Assembly (NCBI GenBank): GCA_964441265.1
Contig: CAYYKJ010000005.1
Location: forward strand, 29,867-93,866
Reading direction: 5' to 3'
Source of the DNA: an uncultured archaeon
GTDB taxonomy: Archaea > Aenigmatarchaeota > Aenigmatarchaeia > QMZP01 > QMZT01
DNA length: 64,000 bases
The notes below the pieces were generated by a model. The model did not search any database, had not been told where the DNA came from, and saw only the letters and a program-made list of their open reading frames with translations. The translations under genes were made by a program, and so were the position numbers. Each line of letters starts with the position of its first letter. Position 1 is the first letter of the stretch. This document shows positions 8,736 through 17,555 of the stretch, piece after piece.

Positions 8736-8894
8736 TCAGGGCCCGATGAAGCCGCAGGAAGGGCATTTGTAAGTGTTGACCAGTTTCCTGCACTTCTGGC
8801 ACCTTATGATCTTCTCCTTTCCGCATTGCGGGCAGTCGAACTCGACCCAGTTCTCGCTGGATCCTATGTTCACGCCGCAGCTTGAGCATTTCAT
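8736..8894 (-). CDS. Zn-ribbon protein (COG2888-like; not in the ORF track because it is under 60 aa)
   Basis: My own translation is MKCSSCGVNIGSSENWVEFDCPQCGKEKIIRCQKCRKLVNTYKCPSCGFIGP. It has four CxxC pairs and lies immediately upstream of aEF-1beta, as in many archaea. Confidence 0.7.
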   Translation of the reverse strand: MKCSSCGVNIGSSENWVEFDCPQCGKEKIIRCQKCRKLVNTYKCPSCGFIGP

Positions 8895-8977
8895 GGTTAT
8901 GCACCTGTGTCCCGATTATCATAATAATAGCGGATAGGTATTTAAATTTGTTCCCTTCTGAAGAAGTTTCCGGTGAT

Positions 8978-10795
8978 TCATGTCATGCCGCTGATTCCGG
9001 CCTTGCTCAGCCTCCGCTCCTTGTTCTGGTTCTCGAATCCCAGGAGGCATTCCCTGAACAGGTTCAAAACCCCGGGGTCGTATTCATGCCTGTACCACTT
9101 GTTCTCCCTCGCCTGCCTCTTGAAGGGGACCAGTATCTCCTCGGTTATTTCGATAAGGTAGAACATCCACTTCGTCCTGGTGGGGGTTTCTTGATATTCG
9201 ACGAAGAGATTCGACTTGACGTGCTCTATGATGTCCCTTATGAGATCGATGACCATTTCTATGGAGCCGGTCTTCCAGAGTATCCCGTTTATTTTCATTT
9301 TCTCTCTCTTGGAGAGCTTTTTGCCCAGCGATTCGAAAAGGAAACCCTTCTCTTTCTTCGTTATGTTATCGGAAAACATGGAAACCATGTAGGCGATGTC
9401 GGCCTTTCCTTCTTCCACGTCGGAGTGGGAGACGTTCTTCATCCCCTTGCTGGTGGCCGGCAGGTCCCCGGGCATTATGTAGTCTCCCATATCGTTCCTG
9501 ATCATCTGGATCAGGCCGTAGTACATCCCGACAAGCGGGGATATCCTCTCCACCTCGGAAAAATTCGTTATCTGCTCCTCTTTGTTGCCCGCTTTCGACG
9601 ACAGCTCCCCTATCGATTCATAGAAACCCCCGCATATCCCGTATATCCTCTGACAATATGTTAGGAACAAGTCGTCGGGAGACATTGATTTCAGCTTCCT
9701 TTTCTTTTTTTCCGAGTCGAAGGTTATGGTTATGTCCAGAACCTGCCCCGTGTACATGATGAAATTGTATTCGTTGATTATTCCGGCCAGAGTTTCTGCG
9801 ACATTTTGGTTTTCCTCTGCCACGCGGAGGACGTATTTGAGTGCGAGTAAGTGACCGAGTATGCCGGTGTATATGGAATCCTTCCTGGAAAAGCGTTTCC
9901 AGACCGTTTCGAGGTTTTGCCGGGTTTCCGAGTTATCGAAAACATCGTCGAGTGCGTAGGTGTTCATCCAGTTGTACAGCTCAATGACCGCTCCCGTATC
10001 GTAGGGAAAGCTTTCCGACTTGATGAACCTCTTTTCCTCGGTGAGGTGGTGGGTCACTAGGTCATAAAGTTCGAAGAATAGCTCCGGCCTTGTCTTCTTG
10101 ACTCCCTGTTTTCTCCCCTTTATTTTCTCGAAAGGCGGCCTTATGGAGTGGGACAGGCAGCCAATTATTCTTTCCCTTGACGCTCCCCATTCCTCTGTCA
10201 CAGAACTAATGGCAGAATCTATCACTCCTTCGTTCATCTTTCCTTTGAGATGACGGGATATCCCCCTTTCCGCCTTGCAGACAGCGAATGAGTCACTATC
10301 GGATTCGAAGCTTAGCCCTCTGAGCCCGCTGATCTCTTTGGTCACTCTCTCGTCCGGGGAGGAACCGCTGAACACCATCTTTTCGAGCATCCCCCTGCTG
10401 AAAAGGTTCCTCGCCCGCTCGTCCACGCGATAATTTATGATGCCCTCCCTCGAATATATCGACCTGTAATAGTTGTCCAAGTATTCCGTTATTTTAGATT
10501 CGAACTGGTCGGCATTCTGCGCCAGGAGCACGGTGGTGTGCACGAATTTCTGGTGGTTACCGACGATCTTCGCCACTTCCGGGTTTTCGGTCAGGATGGC
10601 ATTTATGCTGTAGGCCACCATCCACTGTGAGGCGTAATAGTCAATGTGCTCCGCGTCCTCTATCATCATTATGACCGGCTTGCCCTTTGCTATGGCGTAC
10701 CCGCATTCCCATGTGCTGTCGGTCCCGTGCGGAGACCCGTCTTCTGTCTGGTAATGCTTCATGTATACCAGAAGGGCGTCGCTCCTGTTGACCAT
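8978..10795 (-). CDS. fusion protein: nucleoside 2-deoxyribosyltransferase-like N-domain plus polyprenyl-synthase-like C-domain
   Basis: The N-domain has GTDSTWECGYAIAKGKPVIMM. The C-domain has the DDxxD motif YALDDVFD and a second motif GLIQMIRNDMGDY resembling GxxFQxxDDxxD. The open frame continues upstream to 10996 with no ATG, GTG or TTG. Confidence 0.6.
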   Translation of the reverse strand: MVNRSDALLVYMKHYQTEDGSPHGTDSTWECGYAIAKGKPVIMMIEDAEHIDYYASQWMVAYSINAILTENPEVAKIVGNHQKFVHTTVLLAQNADQFESKITEYLDNYYRSIYSREGIINYRVDERARNLFSRGMLEKMVFSGSSPDERVTKEISGLRGLSFESDSDSFAVCKAERGISRHLKGKMNEGVIDSAISSVTEEWGASRERIIGCLSHSIRPPFEKIKGRKQGVKKTRPELFFELYDLVTHHLTEEKRFIKSESFPYDTGAVIELYNWMNTYALDDVFDNSETRQNLETVWKRFSRKDSIYTGILGHLLALKYVLRVAEENQNVAETLAGIINEYNFIMYTGQVLDITITFDSEKKKRKLKSMSPDDLFLTYCQRIYGICGGFYESIGELSSKAGNKEEQITNFSEVERISPLVGMYYGLIQMIRNDMGDYIMPGDLPATSKGMKNVSHSDVEEGKADIAYMVSMFSDNITKKEKGFLFESLGKKLSKREKMKINGILWKTGSIEMVIDLIRDIIEHVKSNLFVEYQETPTRTKWMFYLIEITEEILVPFKRQARENKWYRHEYDPGVLNLFRECLLGFENQNKERRLSKAGISGMT

Positions 10796-11062
10796 GTCCA
10801 GGTCGTGGCAGGCAACCCTGATCGATATCTTCCTGTGATTCTTTGGGACGTCTATCTTGCCCGGCTCGAATAGTTTTATCTTCCTGTTGAAGTGAGCGGA
10901 GTATTTGGGTCCGAAGTCCTCCCTCCAGAGCTTTATGCCGCTGGCCAGATAAAGGGAGTATTTTTTCTTTTTTGCAAACGCTGAATAAAAAGATGTTCAG
11001 TGCGGTTATTAATAATTTTCAGGGATTGATGAATGAGCGGCTGAATTATAATTTTGATATTT

Positions 11063-11413
11063 CTATAAATTGAAAAATTCCTTTTCCGTTTCCTTCATTT
11101 CATTTTTCAGGTCTTTGACATAGTCAAGTGATTCAGAAACGGAGGAATTATCTTCGCAAAAGCCCAAAAGACCAATTAGTTTAATATCATTTTTGTATGC
11201 GTCCATTACATAGTCCCTGTATTTTCTGAAAATGAAATCAGTGGTTTCTGAATCTCTCGGTACATTTTCAGACAGCTCTCTTGTTATCTGTTCCTCGTTG
11301 TAATATAGAACATTCTCATAATCATCCAATAAACAGAATTTTGTTATGTCTTTTATTTCCCTCAGCGTGGTGTCAGGTTTTTTGTTCCTCCTGCCTTTTC
11401 TCCTGTATCTCAT
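11063..11413 (-). CDS. hypothetical protein
   Basis: A 116-aa ORF with no recognised motif. Confidence 0.4.
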   Translation of the reverse strand: MRYRRKGRRNKKPDTTLREIKDITKFCLLDDYENVLYYNEEQITRELSENVPRDSETTDFIFRKYRDYVMDAYKNDIKLIGLLGFCEDNSSVSESLDYVKDLKNEMKETEKEFFNL

Positions 11414-11499
11414 TACTCAAAGAACCATTAAAACTTTTAAAATATATCGTTTTGAATCCCGGAACCGGCCGGTTTCGGCGGCTTTTCACTTACCAATAG

Positions 11500-11507
11500 A
11501 TTTAAAT
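11500..11507. promoter_or_regulatory. ATTTAAAT TATA box upstream of the L7Ae operon (implies a leader of about 90 nt)
   Basis: The palindromic box lies 112 nt upstream of ATG 11619. The GAAGGAGGG Shine-Dalgarno motif is at 11610-11618. Confidence 0.35.
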
Positions 11508-11618
11508 ATACCGTTCTTAATATACTTGTAATTACACAGGATTAGACCGTTGATTGAATCGGATGAGCGGTTGGGGGCGGCTTAATCCCGCTTTCAAGAT
11601 AAATCCGATGAAGGAGGG

Positions 11619-12215
11619 ATGAAAATGACAAAACCTGCATTCGTTAAATTCGAGGTCCCCAAGGACTTCACCGACAAGGTATATGAGGCAGTGGAGATAG
11701 CCAGATCTAGCGGGAAGCTCAGGAAAGGGATAAACGAGACCACCAAGTGCATAGAGAGGGGTCTGGCAAAGCTTGTTGTGATGGCAGAGGATGTGACACC
11801 GGAAGAGATAATGATGCACATCCCGGTTCTGTGCAAGGAGAAAAGCGTTACATTCGCTTACGTTCCTTCCAGGGCAGAGCTCGGAAAGGCGGCCGGCATA
11901 GAGATCCCCACCAGCAGCATAGCCATAGAGGAAGCCGGGGAATCGAAGAACCTCATCGGCCAGATAGCCAAGAAGGCGGAGGCTCTCCAGAAGGGCGGGA
12001 AAGCAGAGAAATCCGCTGAGAAGAAGGAGCAGAAGTCCGAAGAGAAAGAGGAGAAGCCAGCCGAAAAGAAGGAAGAGAAGCCGAAAGAAGAGCCCAAGAA
12101 GGAAGAGAAGAAAGAGGGAAAAAAAGAATCCGCCGGCAAGGAAAAGAAAGAAGAGAAAAAAGAAAATAAAGAGAAGTCCGGAAAGAAGATGGAAAAGAAG
12201 AAGGAAAAAAAATAA
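11619..12215 (+). CDS. rpl7ae: ribosomal protein L7Ae with ~75-aa Lys/Glu-rich C-terminal extension
   Basis: It contains KPAFVKFEVP...GKLRKGINETTKCIERGLAKLVVMAEDV...FAYVPSRAELG, followed by a KKEEKPKEEPKKEEKKEGKK tail. ATG 11625 is an alternative start. Confidence 0.9.
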   Translation: MKMTKPAFVKFEVPKDFTDKVYEAVEIARSSGKLRKGINETTKCIERGLAKLVVMAEDVTPEEIMMHIPVLCKEKSVTFAYVPSRAELGKAAGIEIPTSSIAIEEAGESKNLIGQIAKKAEALQKGGKAEKSAEKKEQKSEEKEEKPAEKKEEKPKEEPKKEEKKEGKKESAGKEKKEEKKENKEKSGKKMEKKKEKK

Positions 12216-12226
12216 AGGTGCTTTGA

Positions 12227-12427
12227 ATGGCAGTGTCAGCAGAAGTCATACAGGTGCTCGAGAGACTCGGAGTGAAGGGAGTGACCAGGATCAGGTGTAA
12301 GGTTCTCGAGGGAAGGGACCAGGGAAAGGTCCTGATGAGGAACGTGATGGGCCCGGTCAGGAAGAGCGACATAATCATGCTCAAGGAGACCGAGATGGAG
12401 GCCTCCGGCAGGATTTCAACGAGCTGA
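12227..12427 (+). CDS. rps28e: ribosomal protein S28e
   Basis: It contains [39 protein letters not shown] and sits in the conserved L7Ae-S28e-L24e order. Confidence 0.9.
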   Translation: MAVSAEVIQVLERLGVKGVTRIRCKVLEGRDQGKVLMRNVMGPVRKSDIIMLKETEMEASGRISTS

Positions 12428-12437
12428 GTGATACGAA

Positions 12438-12632
12438 ATGAAATGTTCTCTATGTAAGTCGAAGATTCCCATGGGCAAGGGAAAGATGTTTGTTAAAAAT
12501 ACAGGCCAAATACTACTATTCTGCAGCTCCAAGTGCAGGAAGAATTCCGAGCTCGGCAGGGTCGGGAAGAAGCTTAAATGGGTCACCAAACAGAAGAAGT
12601 CGCCCAAAGCTAAAAAACCCGCTTCAGAATGA
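12438..12632 (+). CDS. rpl24e: ribosomal protein L24e
   Basis: It contains MKCSLCKSKIPMGKGKMFVKNTGQILLFCSSKCRKN. Confidence 0.9.
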   Translation: MKCSLCKSKIPMGKGKMFVKNTGQILLFCSSKCRKNSELGRVGKKLKWVTKQKKSPKAKKPASE

Positions 12633-12975
12633 GGGATCCGTATCTTATAGCGTAGGTTATTATCACCAGTATTATGACCACCGCCAGCCATGCCTCGCCC
12701 GCCATGGCCAGGCCGAAACCTATCGAGAAAACCGCCCCTGCCCCGAAGGCGAAAAGTGTCTGGAAGAAGTACACGCTGGCTCCCCCGTCCCTCATGGTGG
12801 AGTTTATGAATATGAACACTGCGATCACGAAGAGCGCGAGGTAGACCGAAACCGCCAGCTCGCTCTCGGAAACTATCCCCAGTATGAAGGATATCACGGA
12901 CAGGCTGCCGGAAAGGAAACCCTTCCATATCCCGGTAAAATCGAGAATCCCTCCGGGGTTGTATCCCATTCTCAT
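12610..12975 (-). CDS. small integral membrane protein
   Basis: A 121-aa ORF with 3-4 hydrophobic helices. It converges on the L24e gene with a 23-nt overlap. Confidence 0.5.
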   Translation of the reverse strand: MRMGYNPGGILDFTGIWKGFLSGSLSVISFILGIVSESELAVSVYLALFVIAVFIFINSTMRDGGASVYFFQTLFAFGAGAVFSIGFGLAMAGEAWLAVVIILVIITYAIRYGSLILKRVF

Positions 12976-13009
12976 AAGGATTATTTATTCCGGGAGGTTT
13001 TTATTGGTT

Positions 13010-13354
13010 TCAATCGTTAAGGACGAATTCCGCGTGTATTCTCTGGTCACTGGCATCGACTTTTTTTCTTTTATAACCAAAACTCTCCGGATTAAACTTG
13101 TTCACCACGTCAGAATTTCCCTCTCCTGTAATGTCCAGGGAGAATATTTCTGGCCTTCTTTCTTCGCTGATAAGATTTTTCACCAACGGCACTGTTTTCT
13201 TTGAGTTTGTGTATATAACACCGTCTTCTGTCCTGAAAGGGATTTCATATGATTGGATGTCGGAACCACCGGTTAGGGAGGGTTCTTCCCATGAAAAAAT
13301 GATTTTGCCTCCACCTGTTTTATAGCCCTTTCCGGCAACGGCCATGTCAACCAC
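13010..13354 (-). CDS. hypothetical beta-rich protein (possibly FN3-like)
   Basis: A 114-aa ORF. GGSDIQSYEI resembles the FN3 GGSPI.GY motif, but the evidence is weak. Confidence 0.35.
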   Translation of the reverse strand: MVDMAVAGKGYKTGGGKIIFSWEEPSLTGGSDIQSYEIPFRTEDGVIYTNSKKTVPLVKNLISEERRPEIFSLDITGEGNSDVVNKFNPESFGYKRKKVDASDQRIHAEFVLND

Positions 13355-13529
13355 ACTCGTAGATCAGGGACTTTTTCATGAACGACCGGAGCATTTTTCC
13401 CGTTTCCTCGAAATCCCGGGTCATCTCGTCCCATATCATAGGGATTATTGAAGACTAAATTTTTTAAATGCGACCCCGATACGGTAATAAAAATGAGGAG
13501 AGGGAATAAGGGCGGGTTTGGCGAAGCCC

Positions 13530-15851
13530 TTACCCCACGTAACTGGGATCTTCCCTTTCCGGCTTCCTCTCCATGCCCCTGCTCTTGAACTGATCCATCA
13601 TCTTCTCGTAGTATTTCAGTATCTCCGGGCTTATGGAGGGTTTCACCTTGTCCAGAGCTTTCTTGAAGTGTTTCTTGCCGACCTCTTTCGACTTTATGTC
13701 CTCCCTGAGGGCGAAGAGGGCGGCTTCCCTGACGAGGGACTCTATGTCGGCTCCGGAATACCCTTCAGTCTTGTTCGCTATGTTCTTCAGGTTGACCCCC
13801 TTCAGGGGCATTTTCCTGGTATGTATCTTCAGTATCTCTTCTCTTGCCTTCTTGCTCGGTGCCGGAATCAGAACCTGCCTGTCGAACCTTCCGGGCCTGA
13901 GAAGGGCGGGATCCAGCATGTCCGGCCTGTTTGTGGCGCCTATGATGACCACGTTGTGCAGGTCCTCCAGTCCGGACATCTCCGTGAGTATCTGCGACAC
14001 TATGTTTTCCGAGACCCTGGTCCCCATCTGCAGACCCCTCCGGGGGGTCAGGGCGTCCATTTCGTCGAAGAATATCACTGACGGGGCCACCTGTTTCGCG
14101 CGCTTGAATATCTCCCTGATCTTTCTCTCGCTTTCACCGACCCATTTCGTGAAGACTTCGGGCCCCTTTATGGATATGAAGTTGGCACCCGATTCCTGGG
14201 CCACCGCCTTGGCCAGAAGGGTCTTGCCCGTCCCCGGCGGACCGTAAAGCAGTATTCCCTTGGGCGGATTTATTCCCATGTTCCTGAACGCGTCGGGTTT
14301 CTTGAGGGGCCATTCCACTATCTCCTTGAGGTCCTGCTTGATGTTTTCCAGCCCCCCTATGTCCTTCCATCCTATATTGGGTATTTCTACCATTACCTCC
14401 CTCATGGCGGACGGCTCCACTACCTTGAGTGCGTTCTGGAAGTCCTTTTTGCTCACCTTGAGCTTTTCCAGGACGTCCTTGGGCAGCTCCTCGGTCTTCT
14501 TCCATGATATCTGGGGAAGATTGTTCCGCAGCGACGACATTGCCGCCTCCTTGGCCAGTGCTTCCAGATCCGCGCCCACGAAGCCGTAGGTCACTCCGGA
14601 TATCCAGTCTAGCTTGACGTCGCTGGATAGGGGCATGTTCCTTGTGTGTATCTGGAGTATCTCCTTCCTTCCCTTCTCGTCGGGTATCCCTATCTCTATC
14701 TCCCTGTCGAACCTTCCCGGCCTCCTGATTGCGGAGTCCAGTGCGTTCTGCCTGTTTGTCGCCGCGATCACTATCACCTTGCCCCTGGCCTTCAGCCCGT
14801 CCATTAGGGCGAGCAGCTGGGAGACAGACCTCTTTTCCACTTCCCCGGAGACCTCTCCCCTCTTGGGGGCTATGGAGTCTATTTCGTCTATGAAGATTAT
14901 GGAAGGGGCGGATTTCTCCGCGTCCTCGAAAATCTTCCTCAGGTTCTCCTCGGTCTGGCCGTACCATTTGCTGAATATCTCCGGGCCGGATATCGAGTAA
15001 AAGCTCGCTCCGGATTCGTTGGCCACCGCCTTGGCCAGAAGGGTCTTGCCCGTTCCGGGGGCTCCGTAAAGAAGGACTCCCTTGGGCGGATCTATGCCGA
15101 GCCTTCCGAAAAGTTCCGGGTGCCTCAACGGCAGTTCCACCATCTCCCTGATTTTCTCTATGGAACTATGCAGGCCCCCTATGTCCTCGTAGGTGATGGA
15201 TGGTATCTTCTTTTCCATCTCCACCGCTTCCGGCTTTATCTCTATCTGTGTCATGTCGTTTATCTTGACTATGCCTTCAGGTATGGTGTTCACTACGGCG
15301 AGCTTGGTCTCTCCGGGCATGGGTGTGAACGAGAAGTCTCCCATGCCCTCTATGTCGAAACCCAGGCTCCTGAAAAGGTCACCGAAAGAGCTGTTGAATG
15401 GATCCCTGCCGTTCTTCCTCTTTACGATGGGATAAGGTGATATGACGTCGCCCTTCTTAACCGGTCTCATGAAAAGGTTCTTCTTGAGAAGGTCCGGGTT
15501 CATCATGAGTCTTATCCCCTTCTCCGTGGGGGCTATGACCAGCTTCTTGGCCTCCTTTGCGTCCGCCTTGGATATCTTGACGGTTTCGCCGACTCCGACT
15601 CCCACGTTCTTTCGGGTGATACCGTCCATCCTGGCTATCCGGAGCCCCACGTCCGACGGATATGCCCTGACGGCTATCGCTCCGGTATTCTTCTGGCCTG
15701 AAAGCTCCACTATGTCGCCTTCCCGCACTCCCATGTTCCTCATTATCTTGCTGTCCAGACGCACGAGGCCTCTTCCTGACTCCGACCTGTTGGTCAGCTC
15801 CCCCACTTTCAGGGAAACGTGATCATCCTTCTTCTCGTTCATGAACACCAC
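13530..15851 (-). CDS. cdc48: Cdc48/VCP-type AAA+ ATPase (two AAA domains)
   Basis: An N-domain is followed by two Walker A motifs (GAPGTGKTLLAKA and GPPGTGKTLLAKA), two DE Walker B motifs and SRH regions. The first ATG is at 15842; the track start at 15851 is GTG. Confidence 0.92.
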   Translation of the reverse strand: MVFMNEKKDDHVSLKVGELTNRSESGRGLVRLDSKIMRNMGVREGDIVELSGQKNTGAIAVRAYPSDVGLRIARMDGITRKNVGVGVGETVKISKADAKEAKKLVIAPTEKGIRLMMNPDLLKKNLFMRPVKKGDVISPYPIVKRKNGRDPFNSSFGDLFRSLGFDIEGMGDFSFTPMPGETKLAVVNTIPEGIVKINDMTQIEIKPEAVEMEKKIPSITYEDIGGLHSSIEKIREMVELPLRHPELFGRLGIDPPKGVLLYGAPGTGKTLLAKAVANESGASFYSISGPEIFSKWYGQTEENLRKIFEDAEKSAPSIIFIDEIDSIAPKRGEVSGEVEKRSVSQLLALMDGLKARGKVIVIAATNRQNALDSAIRRPGRFDREIEIGIPDEKGRKEILQIHTRNMPLSSDVKLDWISGVTYGFVGADLEALAKEAAMSSLRNNLPQISWKKTEELPKDVLEKLKVSKKDFQNALKVVEPSAMREVMVEIPNIGWKDIGGLENIKQDLKEIVEWPLKKPDAFRNMGINPPKGILLYGPPGTGKTLLAKAVAQESGANFISIKGPEVFTKWVGESERKIREIFKRAKQVAPSVIFFDEMDALTPRRGLQMGTRVSENIVSQILTEMSGLEDLHNVVIIGATNRPDMLDPALLRPGRFDRQVLIPAPSKKAREEILKIHTRKMPLKGVNLKNIANKTEGYSGADIESLVREAALFALREDIKSKEVGKKHFKKALDKVKPSISPEILKYYEKMMDQFKSRGMERKPEREDPSYVG

Positions 15852-15980
15852 CTCTCAACATTTAGATTTGACATGCGAATCATAAATTTGTTATAGCCGA
15901 CGGAGGGCCGGGGCTCCAGCGGACTCCTTGGGTCCCTGTCCCTATCCCTTTCCGGTCCCTGTGGATTCGCATTCATATGA

Positions 15981-16196
15981 TCATCTCCTTATTCGGATTA
16001 TGACCGAGTGCCTGGTCTTTATCACTTCTATGTCCGGTTCCTTCCTGACCAGCTCGATCATCCTGACGTATTTCTTGACGGTTATGTTGTGTATCCCCGT
16101 CCTCTTGGCTATGGAGTTGAGGCTGAGCGGCTCCCGGCTCTTCTCCAGAAGCTCGAGTATCTCGGCCATTATCTCCAGGGGATCCCTTCGCATCAC
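15981..16196 (-). CDS. small winged-HTH protein
   Basis: A 71-aa ORF containing LSLNSIAKRTGIHNITVKKYVRMIE. Confidence 0.5.
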   Translation of the reverse strand: MMRRDPLEIMAEILELLEKSREPLSLNSIAKRTGIHNITVKKYVRMIELVRKEPDIEVIKTRHSVIIRIRR

Positions 16197-16489
16197 CTTC
16201 GCCTCGCTCGTTTTCGAAAGACGGCTTGGTTCATACGATGATAACCGTCATACTACCTTTCCGTCCTTTTAATATATATTTTATTATATTTCAGAGTATG
16301 TTTCTATATACTATAATGTAAAGATATTGACATTTGAAGTATATAAATGTTACGGCCCGGGGGACCTTTATAAACACCCAATATCCCCGTTTTGGACCCC
16401 AAAAAACGATATACATCGGACAACAGGAAGCTTTATATATATGCTAATTAACTACTATATAGTAAGTAATTATTACATGGTGATTTGGG

Positions 16490-17071
16490 GTGCTTTCCGT
16501 GAACGTCGACAAAAACTATCTGAAAGTGAAAGACGGGATTGATCTGGCTGGTTATAAGGAAATCGGTAAACATGGTGCCAACCAGATGACTTACAGGAGT
16601 AATGCTGATCCTGATTATGTTCTTAAGGTTCCGATGGACAACGGAGCCTTCGGGCTGTCGTTAGAAAAAAGAATGGAGAACCAGGTGGATGCTTCCAAAA
16701 AACATCCTGATCTTTTCCCGGAGGCGGAAGAGACAGGTAAGAGAGCTGTGCGCCAGAAATACGTTAAGGGAGGAACGACCCTCAGGGAGGCCATGGAAAG
16801 GGGGAAGTACGACACCGCCTTCAATATTTTCAGGAAACTGAAGAGGGTCCATGACGCCGGATACAAGCACGGCGATGTGAACAGCACGAATCTGGGCGAA
16901 TTCGGGGAAGAGGGATATCTTTCATTCGACACCGAAACCTTCAGTAAGGGTGACTGGAGGGAAGACCTCGGAAGGGCGATGGAGACCGGAGAGCGCCATA
17001 ACCCGGGCTTCATGCCGAAGGTCATAGAAAAGGTCTACGGGAGTTCGGTCCTGGAAGAGCTCAGAAACTGA
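16490..17071 (+). CDS. small atypical protein-kinase-like protein (Bud32/RIO-like catalytic loop)
   Basis: It has a YVLKVP lysine motif and an AGYKHGDVNSTNL catalytic-loop-like motif. The start codon is GTG. Confidence 0.45.
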   Translation: MLSVNVDKNYLKVKDGIDLAGYKEIGKHGANQMTYRSNADPDYVLKVPMDNGAFGLSLEKRMENQVDASKKHPDLFPEAEETGKRAVRQKYVKGGTTLREAMERGKYDTAFNIFRKLKRVHDAGYKHGDVNSTNLGEFGEEGYLSFDTETFSKGDWREDLGRAMETGERHNPGFMPKVIEKVYGSSVLEELRN

Positions 17072-17126
17072 AGAAAGTGAATCATTCATAATAGTTATTT
17101 ATCTCACCTTTTCCATTCTATTCAAT

Positions 17127-17549
17127 ATGAAGAGGAATTTCGAGGTAATGTATTTCTCCAAGACCGGGAACACGGAAAAGGTGGCCGAGGTGATTGCCAA
17201 CAGGCTGGGGGTGATCGCGGAAAGCGTGAAGGACAGGAAAGAATCATCCAAGGGGACCTTACTCTTCCTGGGAAGCCCGATTTACGCCGGGAAGATACCG
17301 AGAGAGATCACAGAATTCATCGAGAAGAACGCTTTCAAAGGAAGGAGCGTCGCCCTTTTCGGGACCTCCGGTGACGGTCAGGGGAAGCAGCTCAACATAA
17401 TCGCGGACAAGCTCAAGAGAAAGGGAGCCAAAATAAAGGGCAAGTATGACTGCATAGGTAAGAGCTTCTTCATTTTCAACCGCGGTCATCCGAGCGACCA
17501 TGAGCTTCTGGAAGCCGAGAGATTCGCGGAACGGATGAAAAAGGCCTGA
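17127..17549 (+). CDS. flavodoxin-family protein
   Basis: It has the YFSKTGNTEKVAEVIA FMN-phosphate loop and is 140 aa long. Confidence 0.75.
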   Translation: MKRNFEVMYFSKTGNTEKVAEVIANRLGVIAESVKDRKESSKGTLLFLGSPIYAGKIPREITEFIEKNAFKGRSVALFGTSGDGQGKQLNIIADKLKRKGAKIKGKYDCIGKSFFIFNRGHPSDHELLEAERFAERMKKA

Positions 17550-17555
17550 TTTCGT

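Noticed and set aside
8731-8922. The 63-aa ORF from the ORF track upstream of aEF-1beta.
   Set aside because: A different frame on the same strand encodes a 52-aa protein with four CxxC pairs (8736..8894). That fits the conserved Zn-ribbon partner of aEF-1beta, whereas the tracked ORF has no motif.
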